From Hypanus sabinus (lineage: Eukaryota): 64,000 nt of DNA. Made by a program: the position numbers and the translations under genes. The stretch spans positions 81,344,001 to 81,408,000 of the forward strand of contig NC_082715.1 of assembly GCF_030144855.1 (NCBI RefSeq). Direction: 5' to 3'. Shown piece by piece: positions 51,230 to 64,000 of this stretch (positions are counted from its first letter, which is position 1; each line of letters opens with the position of its first letter). The notes beneath the pieces were generated by a model. It saw only the letters and a program-made list of their open reading frames with translations, had not been told where the DNA came from and did not search any database.

Positions 51230-52110
51230 TCAAAGTAAATTGATTATCAGTACAATGTGTATGTTACCATATACAACCTTGATATTCACTTTCATGCAAG
51301 CATTTACAGAGAAAAAGAAATATTATAGAACTTCATCAAAAACTGCATAAACAGACAAAGACTGACGGATGATGTGCAAAAGAAGACAAGCTGCAAATAA
51401 AGATAATAGAGCATGAGTTTTAAAGAGTCCTTGAAAGTGAGTCTGTATATCGTAGAATTAGTTTGGAATAGTGGTAAATGTGGTTTTCTATGCCGGTGCA
51501 GGAGCCTGATGGCTCTAGGGTAAATACTGTTCCTAAACCTCATGGTGTGGGTCCTAAGGCTGTTGTATCTCCTTCCTGATGACAGCAGCAAAAAGAGATC
51601 ATGACCTGGATGGTGGGAGTCCTTGATATTCTGTGCTGCTTTCTTGTGGCACTGCTCCTTGTATGTGTCCTTAATGGCAGGTAGGGCTCTGCCTGTGACT
51701 GACTTGGTTGTATTCACCTCATTTTGTATCCTTTTCTGAACTTGGGCATTGGTGTTTTCATACCAGGCCATGTTGCAATCAGTTAGGATACTCTCCACTG
51801 AGCATCTGTAGAAGTTTGTCGAAGTTTTTGGTAACAGGCTAATTCTATGCAATCTTCTAAGATGTCTAGGCTCTGCCATGCTTCCCTTCTGATGACACTT
51901 ATGTGCTGATCCTAGGACAGATATGTCCTCTGACTGTTGACCTTCTCCACCTCCGTCCTCCTAATGAAAGCTGGCTTATGGACCTCTGGCTTATTCCTCC
52001 TGTAGATGACAATCAGCTCTTTGGTTTCACTGATGTTGAATGAGAGGTGGTTGTTGTGGGACCACTCAAGTCATTCTCACTCTTATATGCTGATTCATTA
52101 TCACCTTTGA
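51230..52110 (-). mobile_element. Rex1/Babar-like LINE 3' fragment
   Basis: ORF 51304..51879 NFYRCSVESILTDCNMAWY...HPGHDLFLLLSSGRRY..RFRNSIYP.AIRLL. Confidence 0.85.
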
Positions 52111-53325
52111 TTCAGAGGTTTCAAAGGTACATTTAATGTCAGAGAAATGTATAGCATATACATCCTGAAATTCTTTTTCTTCACAGACATCCACAAAACC
52201 AGAGGAGTGCCCCAAAGAATGAATGACAGTTAAATGTTAGAACTGCAAAGCCTCCACCTTTGCATAAGCTGCAGCAAAGCAACGACCCCCCCAGCAAAAA
52301 AAAGCATCAGTGCCCCCCACTGAGCACTCAAGCAGCTGAAAGCGTCAATAAAGACACAGACTTCTTGTACCCCAAAGACTACTTGTTCACCCAGTGNNNN
52401 NNNNNNNNNNNNNNNNNNNNNNNNNNNNNNNNNNNNNNNNNNNNNNNNNNNNNNNNNNNNNNNNNNNNNNNNNNNNNNNNNNNNNNNNNNNNNNNNNNNN
52501 NNNNNNNNNNNNNNNNNNNNNNNNNNNNNNNNNNNNNNNNNNNNNNNNNNNNNNNNNNNNNNNNNNNNNNNNNNNNNNNNNNNNNNNNNNNNNNNNNNNN
52601 NNNNNNNNNNNNNNNNNNNNNNNNNNNNNNNNNNNNNNNNNNNNNNNNNNNNNNNNNNNNNNNNNNNNNNNNNNNNNNNNNNNNNNNNNNNNNNNNNNNN
52701 NNNNNNNNNNNNNNNNNNNNNNNNNNNNNNNNNNNNNNNNNNNNNNNNNNNNNNNNNNNNNNNNNNNNNNNNNNNNNNNNNNNNNNNNNNNNNNNNNNNN
52801 NNNNNNNNNNNNNNNNNNNNNNNNNNNNNNNNNNNNNNNNNNNNNNNNNNNNNNNNNNNNNNNNNNNNNNNNNNNNNNNNNNNNNNNNNNNNNNNNNNNN
52901 NGGTGTCCCCATTTCATAGGGAGAGGGGAGACATAACAAACAACTCGTTGATTAACGATGTTAAAAGTCTGTAGTATCGCTTCTTCCAAGCTCTGTGCCG
53001 AAAGAACTCAGGCAGCAGCCAGCTCGCTGCTTTCGATCTTCCATCTCCCATGACACACCGATTTCCTGTGGTGACACTGACCTCCAGTCCACCCACCTCC
53101 AGAGCCACGAAATCCCAGAACCCCAAAGGCACACTAGTATTCTAGGCCGTATCCTTGACATGTCAAATAGCGGCCGGACGTGAGACCCCAAGAGCGGGTC
53201 CCATTCCCACAAAGAACCAAAGTCAGCGCATAACTCCAGGTCAGGGTCTTCAAAAGAACCCTGAAAGGGAAAACAGAGATATTAAAGATAGAAATAGAGC
53301 TGTGTCTGAAGATGCAAGCAAAGGA
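52110..53325 (-). mobile_element. Interspersed retroelement (family of 18590-19320) spanning the assembly gap
   Basis: Both gap flanks are collinear with the 18.6-19.3 kb copy. Confidence 0.75.
52397..52901. other. Assembly gap (505 N)
   Basis: Run of N. Confidence 1.
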
Positions 53326-53339
53326 CTCATCAACAACAG

Positions 53340-54010
53340 CAGTATTATCAGAAAACTTAAAAATGGCATTGGAGCTGTAGTTAGATATATAACCGCGAGT
53401 ATAAAGTGAGTAGAGCTAGGGGCTAGCACACAGCCCTGTGGTGCAACTGTGTTAATGATGTGTGTGGAAATGATATTGTTGCCAATCCGTACTAACCGGG
53501 TTCTGCTGGTGAGAAAATCGAGGATCCACTTGCAAAAGGAGGTACTGAGGCCTAGGTCTTGGAGTTTAGTGAAGAGTTTTGAGGGGATGTTAGTGTTGAA
53601 TTGTGTTGGCGCGTAGCCTAGTGGATAAGGCATTGGTCTAGTGATCTGAAGGCCACTGCTTCGAGTCTCAGCTGAGGCAGCGTGTTGTGTCCTTGAGCAA
53701 GGCACTTAACAACGCATTGCTCTGTGATGACACCGGTGCCAAGCTGCTTGGGTCCTAGTGCCCTTCCCTTGAACAACATCGGTGGTGTGGAGAGGGGAAG
53801 GCTTGCAGCTTGGGCAACTGCCAGTCTCCCATACAAACCTGCCCAGGCCTGCGCCCTGGAAATCCATGGTCTCACGAGACTAACGGATGCCTATTATTAC
53901 TATTAATGTTGAATGCGGAGCTGTAGTCAGTGAAGAGCATCTTGACCTGTGCATCTTCAGTGAACAGGTGTTCCAGAACTGAGTGAAGAGCCAACAGAAT
54001 GGCTCCTGCT
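53340..54010 (-). mobile_element. Rex1/Babar-like RT fragment, split by a SINE
   Basis: FNTNIPSKLFTKLQDLGLSTSFCKWILDFLT...APQGCVL; continues after 53914 (DYSSAFN). Confidence 0.8.
53602..53902 (+). mobile_element. tRNA-derived SINE with 12-bp TSD; partial inverted copy at ~20880-21040
   Basis: A-box TAGCCTAGTGG, degenerate B-box, CORE-like gtgtccttgagcaaggcacttaac, (tat)n tail; TSD ttagtgttgaat/ttaatgttgaat. Confidence 0.85.
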
Positions 54011-55178
54011 GTGACCAGTTTGAACGTACCAGGATCCCACAAGTCTAGTGGCTGAGCCCAGGATATTTGATTAAACCATTGGAATTCAGAACAGCTACAG
54101 AGATCCAGTGGCTGTCTGTAAAATGATCAGCCTGTGTAGACAGAAAAGATCAAGTGTAACATATCCACTATCTCCTTCAGCTATTCCCAGAATCATGAAG
54201 TGAGCCAATTCAATTCACTCTCAGCAACCACGGAGAGCATTTAACACGGCAAAAGTTAGTGGATCTGAACCAAGGTAGTGCAGCGGTTAGTGTGATGCTA
54301 TTATAGCTCGATGTGTTTTGGAGTTCATTTCCAACACTGTCTCTAAGGAGTCTGTACGTCCTCCCCATGGAAAGTGTGGGTTTTCTCTGGGCACTCTGGT
54401 TTCCTCCTACAGTCCAAGGACATACTGACTAGGCTAATTGGTCATTGTAAAATTGTCCCGTGATTAGGCTGGAGTTGATCGGGTGGATGGGACGATGTGC
54501 CTCAAAGGACCAGGAGAGCCTGCTCTGTTCTGTATCACTAAATAAATAAATAAACAAACACACACATACATCTTCATGCTCCAGACCTCTGTTTTAGATA
54601 TGATGCACCTCTCAACAAGCTGATGATTTTAAACAATAGTAAGTCAGCCAAATATGTCCTGTCAAAAAAAAGTAGAAAAAATACAGTCTGGTTACTCTAT
54701 CATCAACACACACAAAATGCTGGAGGGACTCAGTGGGGCAGGCAGCATCTATGACTATGTACCAGTTTCTTCCCCCAAGCTATCAGATTCCTCAATACCC
54801 AAAGCCTGGACTGACATCTTGCCCTATTGTCCTGTTTATTATTTATTGTAATGCCTGCACTGTTTTTGTGCACTTTATGCAGTCCAGTGTAGTTCTGTAG
54901 TCTAGTGTAACTTTATCTGTTTTTTTTTACGTGGTTCAGTCTAGTTTTTGTACTGTGTCATGTAACACCATTGTCTTGAAAAACATTGTCTCATTTTTAC
55001 TATGTACTATACCAGCAGTTATGGTCAAAATGACAATAAAAGTGACTTGACTTGACTATGGAGAAAAAGTACCATCGACATTTCAGGGCAAGACCCTTCG
55101 GCAGTCATCATGTGACTTTCAGTTATCATTGAAGTAATGTAAAGTGCTTCTGACAATGATATCAAGTGGTCCTTACTT

Positions 55179-55947
55179 GATTCAGATTCAGTTTATTGTC
55201 ATTTAGAAACCACAAATGCAATGCAGTTAAAAAATTAGACAACGTTCCTCCAGAATGATATCACAAAAGCACATGACAAAACAGACTATACCAGAAAATC
55301 CACATAACATTTGGCAATCCCCAATCCAGAGTCCGGAGAGGCTGCTGCGTATTAATATCGCGCTCCCATCTTAGCGCGTTCCCCGGAAAGGAAAACCAAG
55401 CCCACCAGACAAAACAAGACCGAAAGCTAAAGCTACAAGACCTGCACAAAACCACATAGTTACAACAGTGCAAACAATAGCATAATTGATAAAAAAAAAC
55501 AGACCATGGGCACAGTAAAAATAGTCCAAAGATGTTAAAAGACTATAAGTCCGAAAGAAACCATCACACAGTTTCCACAAGTCCTCAGGGTCTCGATAGA
55601 CTCGTCATCCCACGCAGGCGGCAGAAGGGAATACCCCCGCTATGGACTTCCACGGCGCTGGACTCAGCCTCGCAGATGCAGCACACAATGAAAGCTCCAT
55701 TGAACCCAGCCTCGCAGACACAGCACACAGAGAAAGCGCCTTGACCGCAGCGGACTCTGAGTCCATCGAACCTCCGAGCCTCTGACCATCCCCTCCGGCA
55801 CAGCTTCTCCGAGCACCATCCTCTGCTGAGCATATTAAGACGCCACTGGCAACGCAACCCCGAGGACTGGGGGCTTGTTCTTCTCAGCAGAGACCTGGAC
55901 CTCACAGCAGCAGCAGCAACGAAGAAGGCCTTCCTGGAGATTTCCAG
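55179..55947 (-). mobile_element. Non-autonomous retroelement (copy B), inverted relative to 37356-38281
   Basis: Collinear reverse-complement match to ~37480-38272. Confidence 0.85.
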
Positions 55948-56009
55948 GATAACCTGCTCATGAATACTCAATATGTGTTTCAAGTCAGTTCAGTTTTGGA
56001 TTAATATAT

Positions 56010-56535
56010 AAACTCAATGGCCTCTTCACTGGTCATCTCCTGTACTTTATAAAGGAGCTACTGAGTGTACATTTGTGGTTTTCTGCTATTGTAGACCATC
56101 CACTTCAAGGTTCGATGTGTTATGTATTCAGTGATGCTCTTCTGCACACCACTTGTAACACGTGTTTATTTGAGTTATTGTGGCCTCCCTGTCAGCTAGA
56201 AACAGTCAGGCCATTCCCCTCTGACCTCTCTCACTAACAAGACATTTTCACCCACAACTGCCGCTCACTTAATATTTTATGTTTTTTGCGTTATGCTCTG
56301 TGAAGATCCTGGCAGATCAGTGGTTTCTGAGATAATCAGACCATCCTGTCTGGCACCAACAATCATTCCATGGTCATAGTCACTTAGATCATGTTTCTTT
56401 CCCATTCTAATGTTTGGTCTGAACAACAACTGAACCTCTTGACCGTGCATGATTTTAGGCATGGAATTGCTACCACATGATTGGCTAATTGGATATTTGC
56501 ATTAACAACCAGCTGTACCTAATAACATGGTACAT
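56010..56535 (-). mobile_element. Tc1-derived non-autonomous element (second Tc1 family)
   Basis: MGKKHDLSDYDHGMIVGARQDGLIISETTDL matches a Tc1 transposase N-terminal HTH; degenerate ends. Confidence 0.75.
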
Positions 56536-56984
56536 TATTGGCTACCTAAATAACAGGCACAACTGGTGTTTACATATTGCGAAGATTTTATGTAAACAAT
56601 GCTAATCTCTTTCTGACAGTTCCCACTGTCACAAAAACTGGTTTTCATCACACATGATTCACTGTCAGCAATGTAGATAGCACTAGCAGCAGCAAGCATG
56701 GTCTTATTGAGGTCTTGCTCCAAATATAGACAAGTGATTGTTGCAGCATTTGATCATGTGGGGGATTCAAGAATTGGGGTGTAATTGGCCAGTTGGAATC
56801 TAGGAGATGGGATTGTATTAACTAAAGTTATACCTAGCACAGGAAAAGATGCCTGTGATTTTTGGTAATCCAATTATCTCAGACCCAGGCCTTGATAGGT
56901 AAGTTTATTAAGATTGTGCCCTGGTATCAACTAATTTTTCTTGCTACCTGAATGATCTTTAACTGATCTTCAACAAAGAAAAGT

Positions 56985-57458
56985 TATGTACAAGGATGTT
57001 GCCGGTTCTTTAGGACTTGAGTTATAGAGAGAGACTGAGTAAATTAGGACTTTATTCACTGGAATGTAGAAGAATGAGGGGAGATTTGATCGAGAAATAC
57101 AAAATTATGAGGGATATGGATAGGGTAAATGCAAGCAGGTTTTTTTCCCCCTGAGGGTGGGAGAAACTGGAACTATAGGTTATAGTTTAAAGGTGAAATA
57201 TTTAAGGGAAACTTGAAGGGGAATTTCTTTACTCAGAAGATTGTGCTTATGTGGAAAAGCTGACAAAGGAAATGATGGATGTGGGTTTGATTCAATATTT
57301 GAGAGAAGTTTGAATAAGTACATGGATGGAAGGGTATTGACGACTATGACCAGGTATGCATTGATGTGACCAAGAATAACAGTTCAACACAGACTACATG
57401 TGCTGAAGAAGGGCCAGTTTCTGTGCTGCAGAGCTCTATGACTCAATGATTCTATGAT
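56985..57458 (+). mobile_element. CR1-like LINE 3' fragment
   Basis: aggatgttgcc..agaatgaggggagatttgat..; (ctatga)n tail. Confidence 0.8.
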
Positions 57459-57689
57459 TCATTGCTGATTGCATGCTATTCTGCTCTAAAATAACTTGCA
57501 TAATGGTAAGTTACCATTGAACCAAGCGATCATCTCTGGAAAGAGAAAGCTTAGTCAACTACCTTCAAAATTTAATGATTTTATCATTGTACATAGGCTT
57601 AACATCATTCTCCACAATCACTCCATGATCTGTTTTGGTGGTGTGGTTTCCATCCCACTGCAACTCTAATTTAAACCTCTCCATGCAAT

Positions 57690-60450
57690 CCTAGCAGGAA
57701 GGTTTGCTAGTGCCGCATGGAGGTGGGAGAGGGGATGTAAACTAGTTACAGTGGAATAGGAACCATTGCGCCATAGTAGATTGTGGAGTAGTTGTGGGAA
57801 AATGTTAAGCTTACATACAAAGTCAGGAATCAAAAGATTAAACTAATGTTCTGAGCTGCATGTATTTCAATGCAAGGGGTATTGTAGGAAAGGCGGGTGA
57901 ACTTAGGGCATGAATCAGCACATGGAATTATGACATTGTAGCCATTGTAGACTTGGTTGCCAGGAGGGGTGGGACTGGCAGCTGGCTCAGTGTTCCAGAG
58001 TTCTGATGTTTTAGATATGATAGAGTGGGAGGGATTAAAGGGGAAGGGGTTCATTACTGGCCAAGGAAAAAGTTATGGCAGTGCTCAGTCAGGACAGACT
58101 GGAGAGCTCATACAGTGAGGCTTTATGGGTAGAACTGTGGAATAAGAAAGGTATGACCACAATAATGGGATTACATTATAAACCACCCAACAATCCACGG
58201 GACTTAGAAAAGCAAATTTGTAGAGAGAGATTGCAGACTATTGCAAGAAACATAAGGTTGTAGTAGGTGATTCTAACTTTCCATATATTGACTGGGACTT
58301 CCATATTGTAGAAGGGCTGGACAGGAAAAAGTTTGTCCAGTATGTTCAAGGAAGTTTCCTTAGTCAGTACATATGAGTCCCAACTAGAGAGAGTCTGATA
58401 CTAGATCTCATATTTGGGAATGAGGCAGGGCAGATGACAGAAGTCTGTGTAGAGAAAAACTTTTCTTTTTGTGGTTTGTTGTTTTTTGCACGCTGGTTGA
58501 ATGCCCAAGTTAGTGCGGTGTTTCATTGATATTTTTAATGGTTATTATTCTACTGTGAATTTGTTGAATACTCCTACAAGAAAATGAATCTGATGTTTAT
58601 ACATAGTGACATATATGTGCCTTGGTAATAGCTTTGAACTTTGAAAAAGAAGGAGGTGCATTACAAATATAGGCAGACAGGAAGAAATTAGGCACTTGAG
58701 TATAAAGAGGAAATCAGGAGGGCTGAAAGAAGGCATGAAGTAACTCTAGCGGTCAAGATGAAGGAGAATCTTAATGGTTTCTACAGATTTTTTAAGATCA
58801 AAAGGATAGCAGGGAACAAAATTGGTCCTTTGCAAGATCAGAGTCATAATCTATGCATGGAGCTGAAAGAGATGGTGGAGATCTAAATGGACTTTTTGCA
58901 TCTGTATTTATGTAAGAGATGGATATAGAGTCTATCCACGAGGAAATGTATCATCCAGGTCATGGACTCTATAGATTACAGAAGAGGAGGCGTTTGCTGT
59001 CTTGAGGGAAATTAGGGTAGATAAATCCTCAGGGCCTGACAAGGTGTTCGCTTAGACCCTTGGGAGGCTGGTGCAAAAATTGCAGGGAGCTCAGCAGAGA
59101 TACGTAAAATATCCTTAGACATGGGTGAGGTGCCTGAGGATTGGAGGATAGCCAATGTTGTTCCGTTGTCTAAGAAATATTCAAAGACTAAGCCAGGAAA
59201 TTATAGGCTGGTGAGCCTGACATCAGTGGTGGGCAAGTTATTGGAAAGTATTCTAAGGGACCAGATATATAAGTATTTGGATAAACAGGGACTGATTAGG
59301 GATAGTCAGCATGGCTTTGTGTGTGTTAAGTTGGTTTTTACCAATCTTACAGAGTTTTATGAGCAAATTACCAGAAAAATTGATAAAGGCAAGGCAGTAA
59401 AAGTTATCTACATGGACTTTAGCAAGGCCTTTGACCAATGGGTGGATGGTCAAGAAGGTTCAATTGCTTGGCATTCAAGATGAGGTAGTAAATTGAATTA
59501 GATATTGGACTTCATGAAAGAAGCCAGAACATGGTAGTAGATGGTTGCCCCTCTGACTAGAGACCTGTGACTAGTAGTGTGCTGCAGGGATTGGTGCTGG
59601 GTTCATTGTTGTTTGCCATCTGAATCAACGATATGGATGATTATGTAGTTAACTGGATTGGCAATTTTGCAGATGACACCAAGATTGGAGTGTAGTGGAC
59701 AGTGAGGAAAACTATCAGAGCTTGTAGTGAGATCTAGAAAAATGGACTGAAAACTGGTAGATGGAATTTAATGCAGACAGGTCTGGGGTGTTGCAAATTG
59801 GGAGGACCAGCTTGGGTAGGTCTTAACACCATGAGCAGTAGGGCACTGAGGAGTGCAGTAGAAAGGAGGGATCTGCGAATACTAATCCATTATTCCTTGA
59901 AAATGGTGCCACAAGTAGATAGGTAGTAAAGAAAGCTTTCGGTATATTGGCCTTCGTAAATCAGTGTATTCAGTACAGGAATTTGGATGTTGAAATTGTA
60001 TAGACATTGGTGATAACCTAATTTGGAGTATTGTGTGCAGTTTTGGTCACCTACCTACAGGAAGGAAGTAAAAAAGCTTGAAAGAGTAATGAGAAAAATT
60101 ACAAGGATGTTGCTGGGACTTGAGGACCTGAGTTATAGAGAAAGGTTGGATAGGTTAGGATTTTATTCGCTAGAACGTCGAAGATTGAGGGGAGATTTGA
60201 TAAAGTAATTATGAGGGGTCTAGATAGAGTAAATGGAAGCAGGCGTTTTCCACTGAGTTTGGGTGAGACTACAACTAGAGGTCTTGGGTTAATGCAGAAA
60301 GGTGAAATGTTTAAGGGGAACATGAGAGAGAACTTCTTCACTCCTGATGGTCAGAGTGGAGAATGAGCTGACAGTGCAAGTGGTGGATGAGGGTTCGGTT
60401 TCAACATTTAAGAGAAACTTGGATTGGTACATGGATGAGAGGGGTATAGA
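57690..60450 (+). mobile_element. Long degenerate CR1-like LINE (APE endonuclease and RT), with small insertion at ~58460-58645
   Basis: YFNARGI, GDSNFP.IDW, EVPEDWRIANVVP..NYRLVSLTSVVGK, FADDTK, EYCVQFWSP motifs; many stops. Confidence 0.9.
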
Positions 60451-60669
60451 CAGTACAATCAACAGCTCATTGTCCTAGTGACAAGACCTCTGTTACCCAG
60501 TCTGGTAGTCCTAGAGAGTGGAATGAGGCTATAGGGCTGCAGGTGAGGAGAGAGATGAAGCCATGGAAGGATTTGAAAATAATGAAGATAAAACTGTGAA
60601 CAAATCAAAGATTGAAAAGTGAATTATTTGTAGTACTGATTAATATTAATTCATTTATCTTCTGCACAG

Positions 60670-60926
60670 GTCTTCGAGTAATGATAATTACTGCTATAAA
60701 GGAAATGAATGTGAGGAAGTCGACCTCTGTCAGTGCCATATACAAATACATCAATGCTACCTACAACTATGACATCCAACGGAATCGCCATCTCATCAAG
60801 AAAACCTTAGCAAAACTAATTGCAGAGCAAGTGATTAAACAGGTCAAAGGTCATGGCTTAGCTGGTTCATTCATTATTGGAAAGAATTACAAAGAACAAA
60901 CAAAAAGAAAAGGAACAGAAAAACAG
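60670..60926 (+). CDS. SHPRH: SHPRH coding exon 7 (linker-histone H15 domain)
   Basis: LRVMIITAIKEMN..SVSAIYKYI..YDIQRNRHLIKKTL..KQVKGHGLAGSF.IGKNYKE; 257 nt, phase 1 to 0. Confidence 0.95.
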
Positions 60927-62653
60927 GTATTAAGTGTCTGGGTCATAGAAAATAGTTTCACTTCTAAGCCACGTTTACTTCCACATCAATTCATTCTATC
61001 CGTCAGGACTGTCTCAGCTGATCTTACTCATGAAATGATAATTTCTCTTAAGTGTTATTAATTGCTCTGTCTGAGCTTCTAAATCTCAGTAAAGAGAAGA
61101 CTGTACATCCAGGTTAACATTTTGGTTTTTCTATGTATTTCAGAAAAAAACACATCCAAAGGAGCAGCAGGAGATTTTACATATAATCTGTGAAATTGAG
61201 TATTGATAGCATGAGATATAGCCCTCAGAGAGAAAGAATAGTTTGCTCAAAAAAGTGTTTTACATGTATCTTTGCCAAAGAGAAGTATGACTGAGTGGAT
61301 ATGTACTCTGATATGGCTGAGTGGGTAAATGTAAAATACTGCGGAGAATGGAAAGCTGAAGCTAGAACACAAAGTGCTGAAAATATTATTTAGCCCTGCA
61401 GATAATCTGAGGGTGATGGGTGTAGAGGGAGAATGGTAGGACTACTCATCCAGGAAAAACCTAAAAGTTTTCAGGCCTTAATGATAGGAAAAGGAGTATT
61501 TATGTGAATGTATGTCCAAAGTACAAATTAAATAGTTGAGGTCAGGAAGCTGAGAAACAGAGTATTAGATGTATTGCAAATGTAGATGGCAAGAGAAAAA
61601 GACAGGAGAAAAAGGAAGAATCAAGAAGGGATGAAACATGTTCTGTGGAGCACGAACAAGCTGAAAAAATGATTCTAAAAATGGGATCCTTGGGAGAATG
61701 CAGAAGTAGAATTATGAGGTTGGTTGCTGTGGTGAAATTTCCAAAGCAAAAAATATCAGTCATTGTCTTGAAAAATGGTCTGATGTTTGGGGTGATGAGG
61801 TCATGGACCAGAAGATATATGGTGGTGATCAGAGCAGTCAGCCTTTATAGCTGAACAATAGCAACACTTTCTTTGGCAGGATGACAATATTAGGGTTACT
61901 TTTACTGAATGGAGTATTGCAAGTTCAAGGGACTTAAATGACAGTAGGAGAGTGGAACAGGATAATTGAAATGTTTGATGTCATAGCTGCAATAGAGATT
62001 ATGAAGCCCAAGAGAAGGGTCGAGGTGGTGCAGAAATTTCTAAGAATATTTATTCATTAGTTGTCATGATGTTTGTAATTCTAATTCTCCATTATCCATC
62101 ATAATTGTTTCTAAACCGAGGACCAGCTAAGAGTCAAATCACATCACCAGGTCTAAAGTCACATGTAGGCTCTAGACTGGAGAAGGTAACAGGTTTCCCT
62201 AAATAAAGGATATGATTGAACCAGGTGGGCTTTAACCACCATCCAGCGGGATCACCATTAATGATACCAGCCTTTTATTGTGGATTTATTTAATAACTGT
62301 CAGGGAGAGTTTCTAGTTTATGTGTCAGGATGAGTGTTTTAAACCCAGAACAAAAGGTGATAAAATCTGACAGACTTATAGCAGGGATAGGAGATTTTTT
62401 TTAAAACAAGAAGTTATGAGGCTATAGAATCAATTGTCAGGATTCTGTGGATGCAGAAACAATATAAATGTAGGATAAATAGATAAAGGAACAGGGAAGA
62501 AAGAGATGTGGGGACAGAGTAGATAAATGAGAGTGATTTATTTGCATGAAGGTTTAATTTTGAAAAGCACTGGTTCAGCAGAATGTTCTAACTTCTGTGT
62601 GTTAATTGTGCGAATTATAAACTATTTTACAAGACTTTATTGTTTTTGCTTAG

Positions 62654-63358
62654 AAGCTAAGCCCTGGGAAAAGCCTATTGCCCATTTTTGTGAATAACAA
62701 GCAGGAGATCAAAACAGAAGAAACTGATCCTGCTTTGAATGCAACAGGCACTGGCAAACCATCGGCAATCGATATCCCTGATTGTCTTTTGGAAAATGAA
62801 AAGAACAATTGTAATGAAACTGAGCCATGCAAGAAGGAAGTGGAACCACCAAAAGTACCTCAGGAATTTGATCTGAAAGAGGAGACTCATGATGGTCGCT
62901 TAGATTTTTTGCTGTCTGGACAAGAGATTACAGAAAATAATGAAACTGGTAAAATAAGGGAAAGTTGTTTTACCTCAAGTAAGGTGCCAATAAATGATAA
63001 AAGATCCCCAAATGTCCTCCAGGAAAATTCGCAAGATACTGACAGAACACAGTCATCTAAAATGACTTCTCCCTACAACAAGTCGAAGTGTCATTTTGAA
63101 TGCATATGCGGTGAAAGTGGATTGGCTGATTATAAAGCACGGATTCAGTGCCTGAATTGCCACTTGTGGCAGCATGCTACTTGTGTGAATTACAAGGAAG
63201 ACGACCTAAGTATCAGGCCATTCTACTGCCCCCATTGCCTGGTCAAGATGAAGCCTGTGTCCACATCTGCAACCCTCATTATCTCCCCCAGTTCCATCTG
63301 CCACCAGTGGGTGGATGAAATTAACAGGCATGTGAGATCATCTTCAATTTCTATCCTG
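62654..63358 (+). CDS. SHPRH: SHPRH coding exon 8 (PHD finger, motif Ia)
   Basis: FECICGE..RIQCLNCHLWQHATCVNY..FYCPHCLV..ATLIISPSSICHQWVDEINRH; 705 nt, gtaagc donor. Confidence 0.96.
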
Positions 63359-63567
63359 GTAAGCATTGCTACAGAGAGAAATAAGTCCAGATTGTATGAA
63401 TTTTAAAAGCGTTGTTTCCACAACATGTATCACTTTATTCTTTTTCACTCATTCGTTCTCCAAGTATATTAGAATTATCTGTTGCAAGAAAGTTGTTCAG
63501 AATTTTACTTTAAGAATCTTACTGATTTCTGATTTTAGAGTGAAAGATCCTCATTACTAAGGTTTGT

Positions 63568-63890
63568 AGAATCATAGAGCACTACAGCACAGAAGCGGGC
63601 CTTTCGGCCCATCTAACCAATGCCGAACTCTTGTTCTGCCTAGGCCCTTCCATCTGCACCTGGACCTGAGCCTTCCATCCCCCTCCCATCCATACTCTTA
63701 TCCAAACTTCTCTTAAGTATTGCATTCAAACTCATTATCCACCATTTCTGTTGGCAGCTCATTCCACACTTGCACCACTCTCTGAGTGAAGAAATTCCTC
63801 CACAGGTCCCCCTTAAATATTTCACTTTTCACACCTATCTTGTGACCTTTAGTTCTAATCTCAACCAACCTCAGTGGAAAAACCTTGTCT
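63568..63890 (-). mobile_element. CR1-like LINE 3' fragment
   Basis: Reverse complement of CR1 3' end; tagaatcataga tail. Confidence 0.75.
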
Positions 63891-64000
63891 TCCCATTAGC
63901 AGCACACTATTTACTCAATTTTTAATAAGCTCCATTTGATTCTGATAGGAGCCTATCTTGAGCCCTAGTATTCTGAGTTCTAAGCCACCAATTTGGTGAC

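Noticed and set aside
52260-52989. Four ORFs of 180-219 aa
   Set aside because: Artefacts of the N run
53605-53680. tRNA gene
   Set aside because: SINE head: degenerate B-box, no clean cloverleaf, followed by SINE body, tail and TSD
60612-61061. Standalone histone H1-like gene
   Set aside because: It is the H15-domain exon of SHPRH, with in-phase splice sites on both sides
61144-61860. Possible extra purine-rich SHPRH exon
   Set aside because: No convincing acceptor/donor pair with an open frame; flanking exons already join in phase 0

Overview
Eukaryotic vertebrate genomic DNA, not prokaryotic. The repeat content (CR1/HER1-like LINEs, V-SINEs, abundant Penelope-type 'acacaaaatgctggaggaactcagcagg' repeats) suggests a cartilaginous fish, probably a ray (inference). 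Three spliced genes can be reconstructed with GT-AG introns and consistent phases. (1) The 5' half of LATS1 on the minus strand: a probable non-coding exon 1 in a CpG island at ~14.7 kb plus three coding exons; the kinase exons lie left of the window. (2) Complete NUP43 on the minus strand: 8 exons, 1107 nt, 368 aa. (3) The 5' part of SHPRH on the plus strand: 8 coding exons covering SNF2 motif I, the H15 domain and the PHD finger; it continues right of the window. NUP43 and SHPRH are head-to-head on a compact bidirectional promoter with tandem ETS sites and an X-box. Introns carry CR1, Rex1/L2, L1, Penelope, Gypsy, Tc1, Tigger and hAT remnants, a 37-copy 31-bp minisatellite and a 505-N gap. 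Best leads: (a) minimal hammerhead-ribozyme motifs in Penelope-type repeats lying sense in NUP43 introns; (b) an inverted retroelement pair bracketing six SHPRH exons whose back-spliced circle would be a stop-free 1353-nt ORF; (c) the NUP43/SHPRH promoter pairing. These are hypotheses from sequence only, and I found no unambiguous new biological system.
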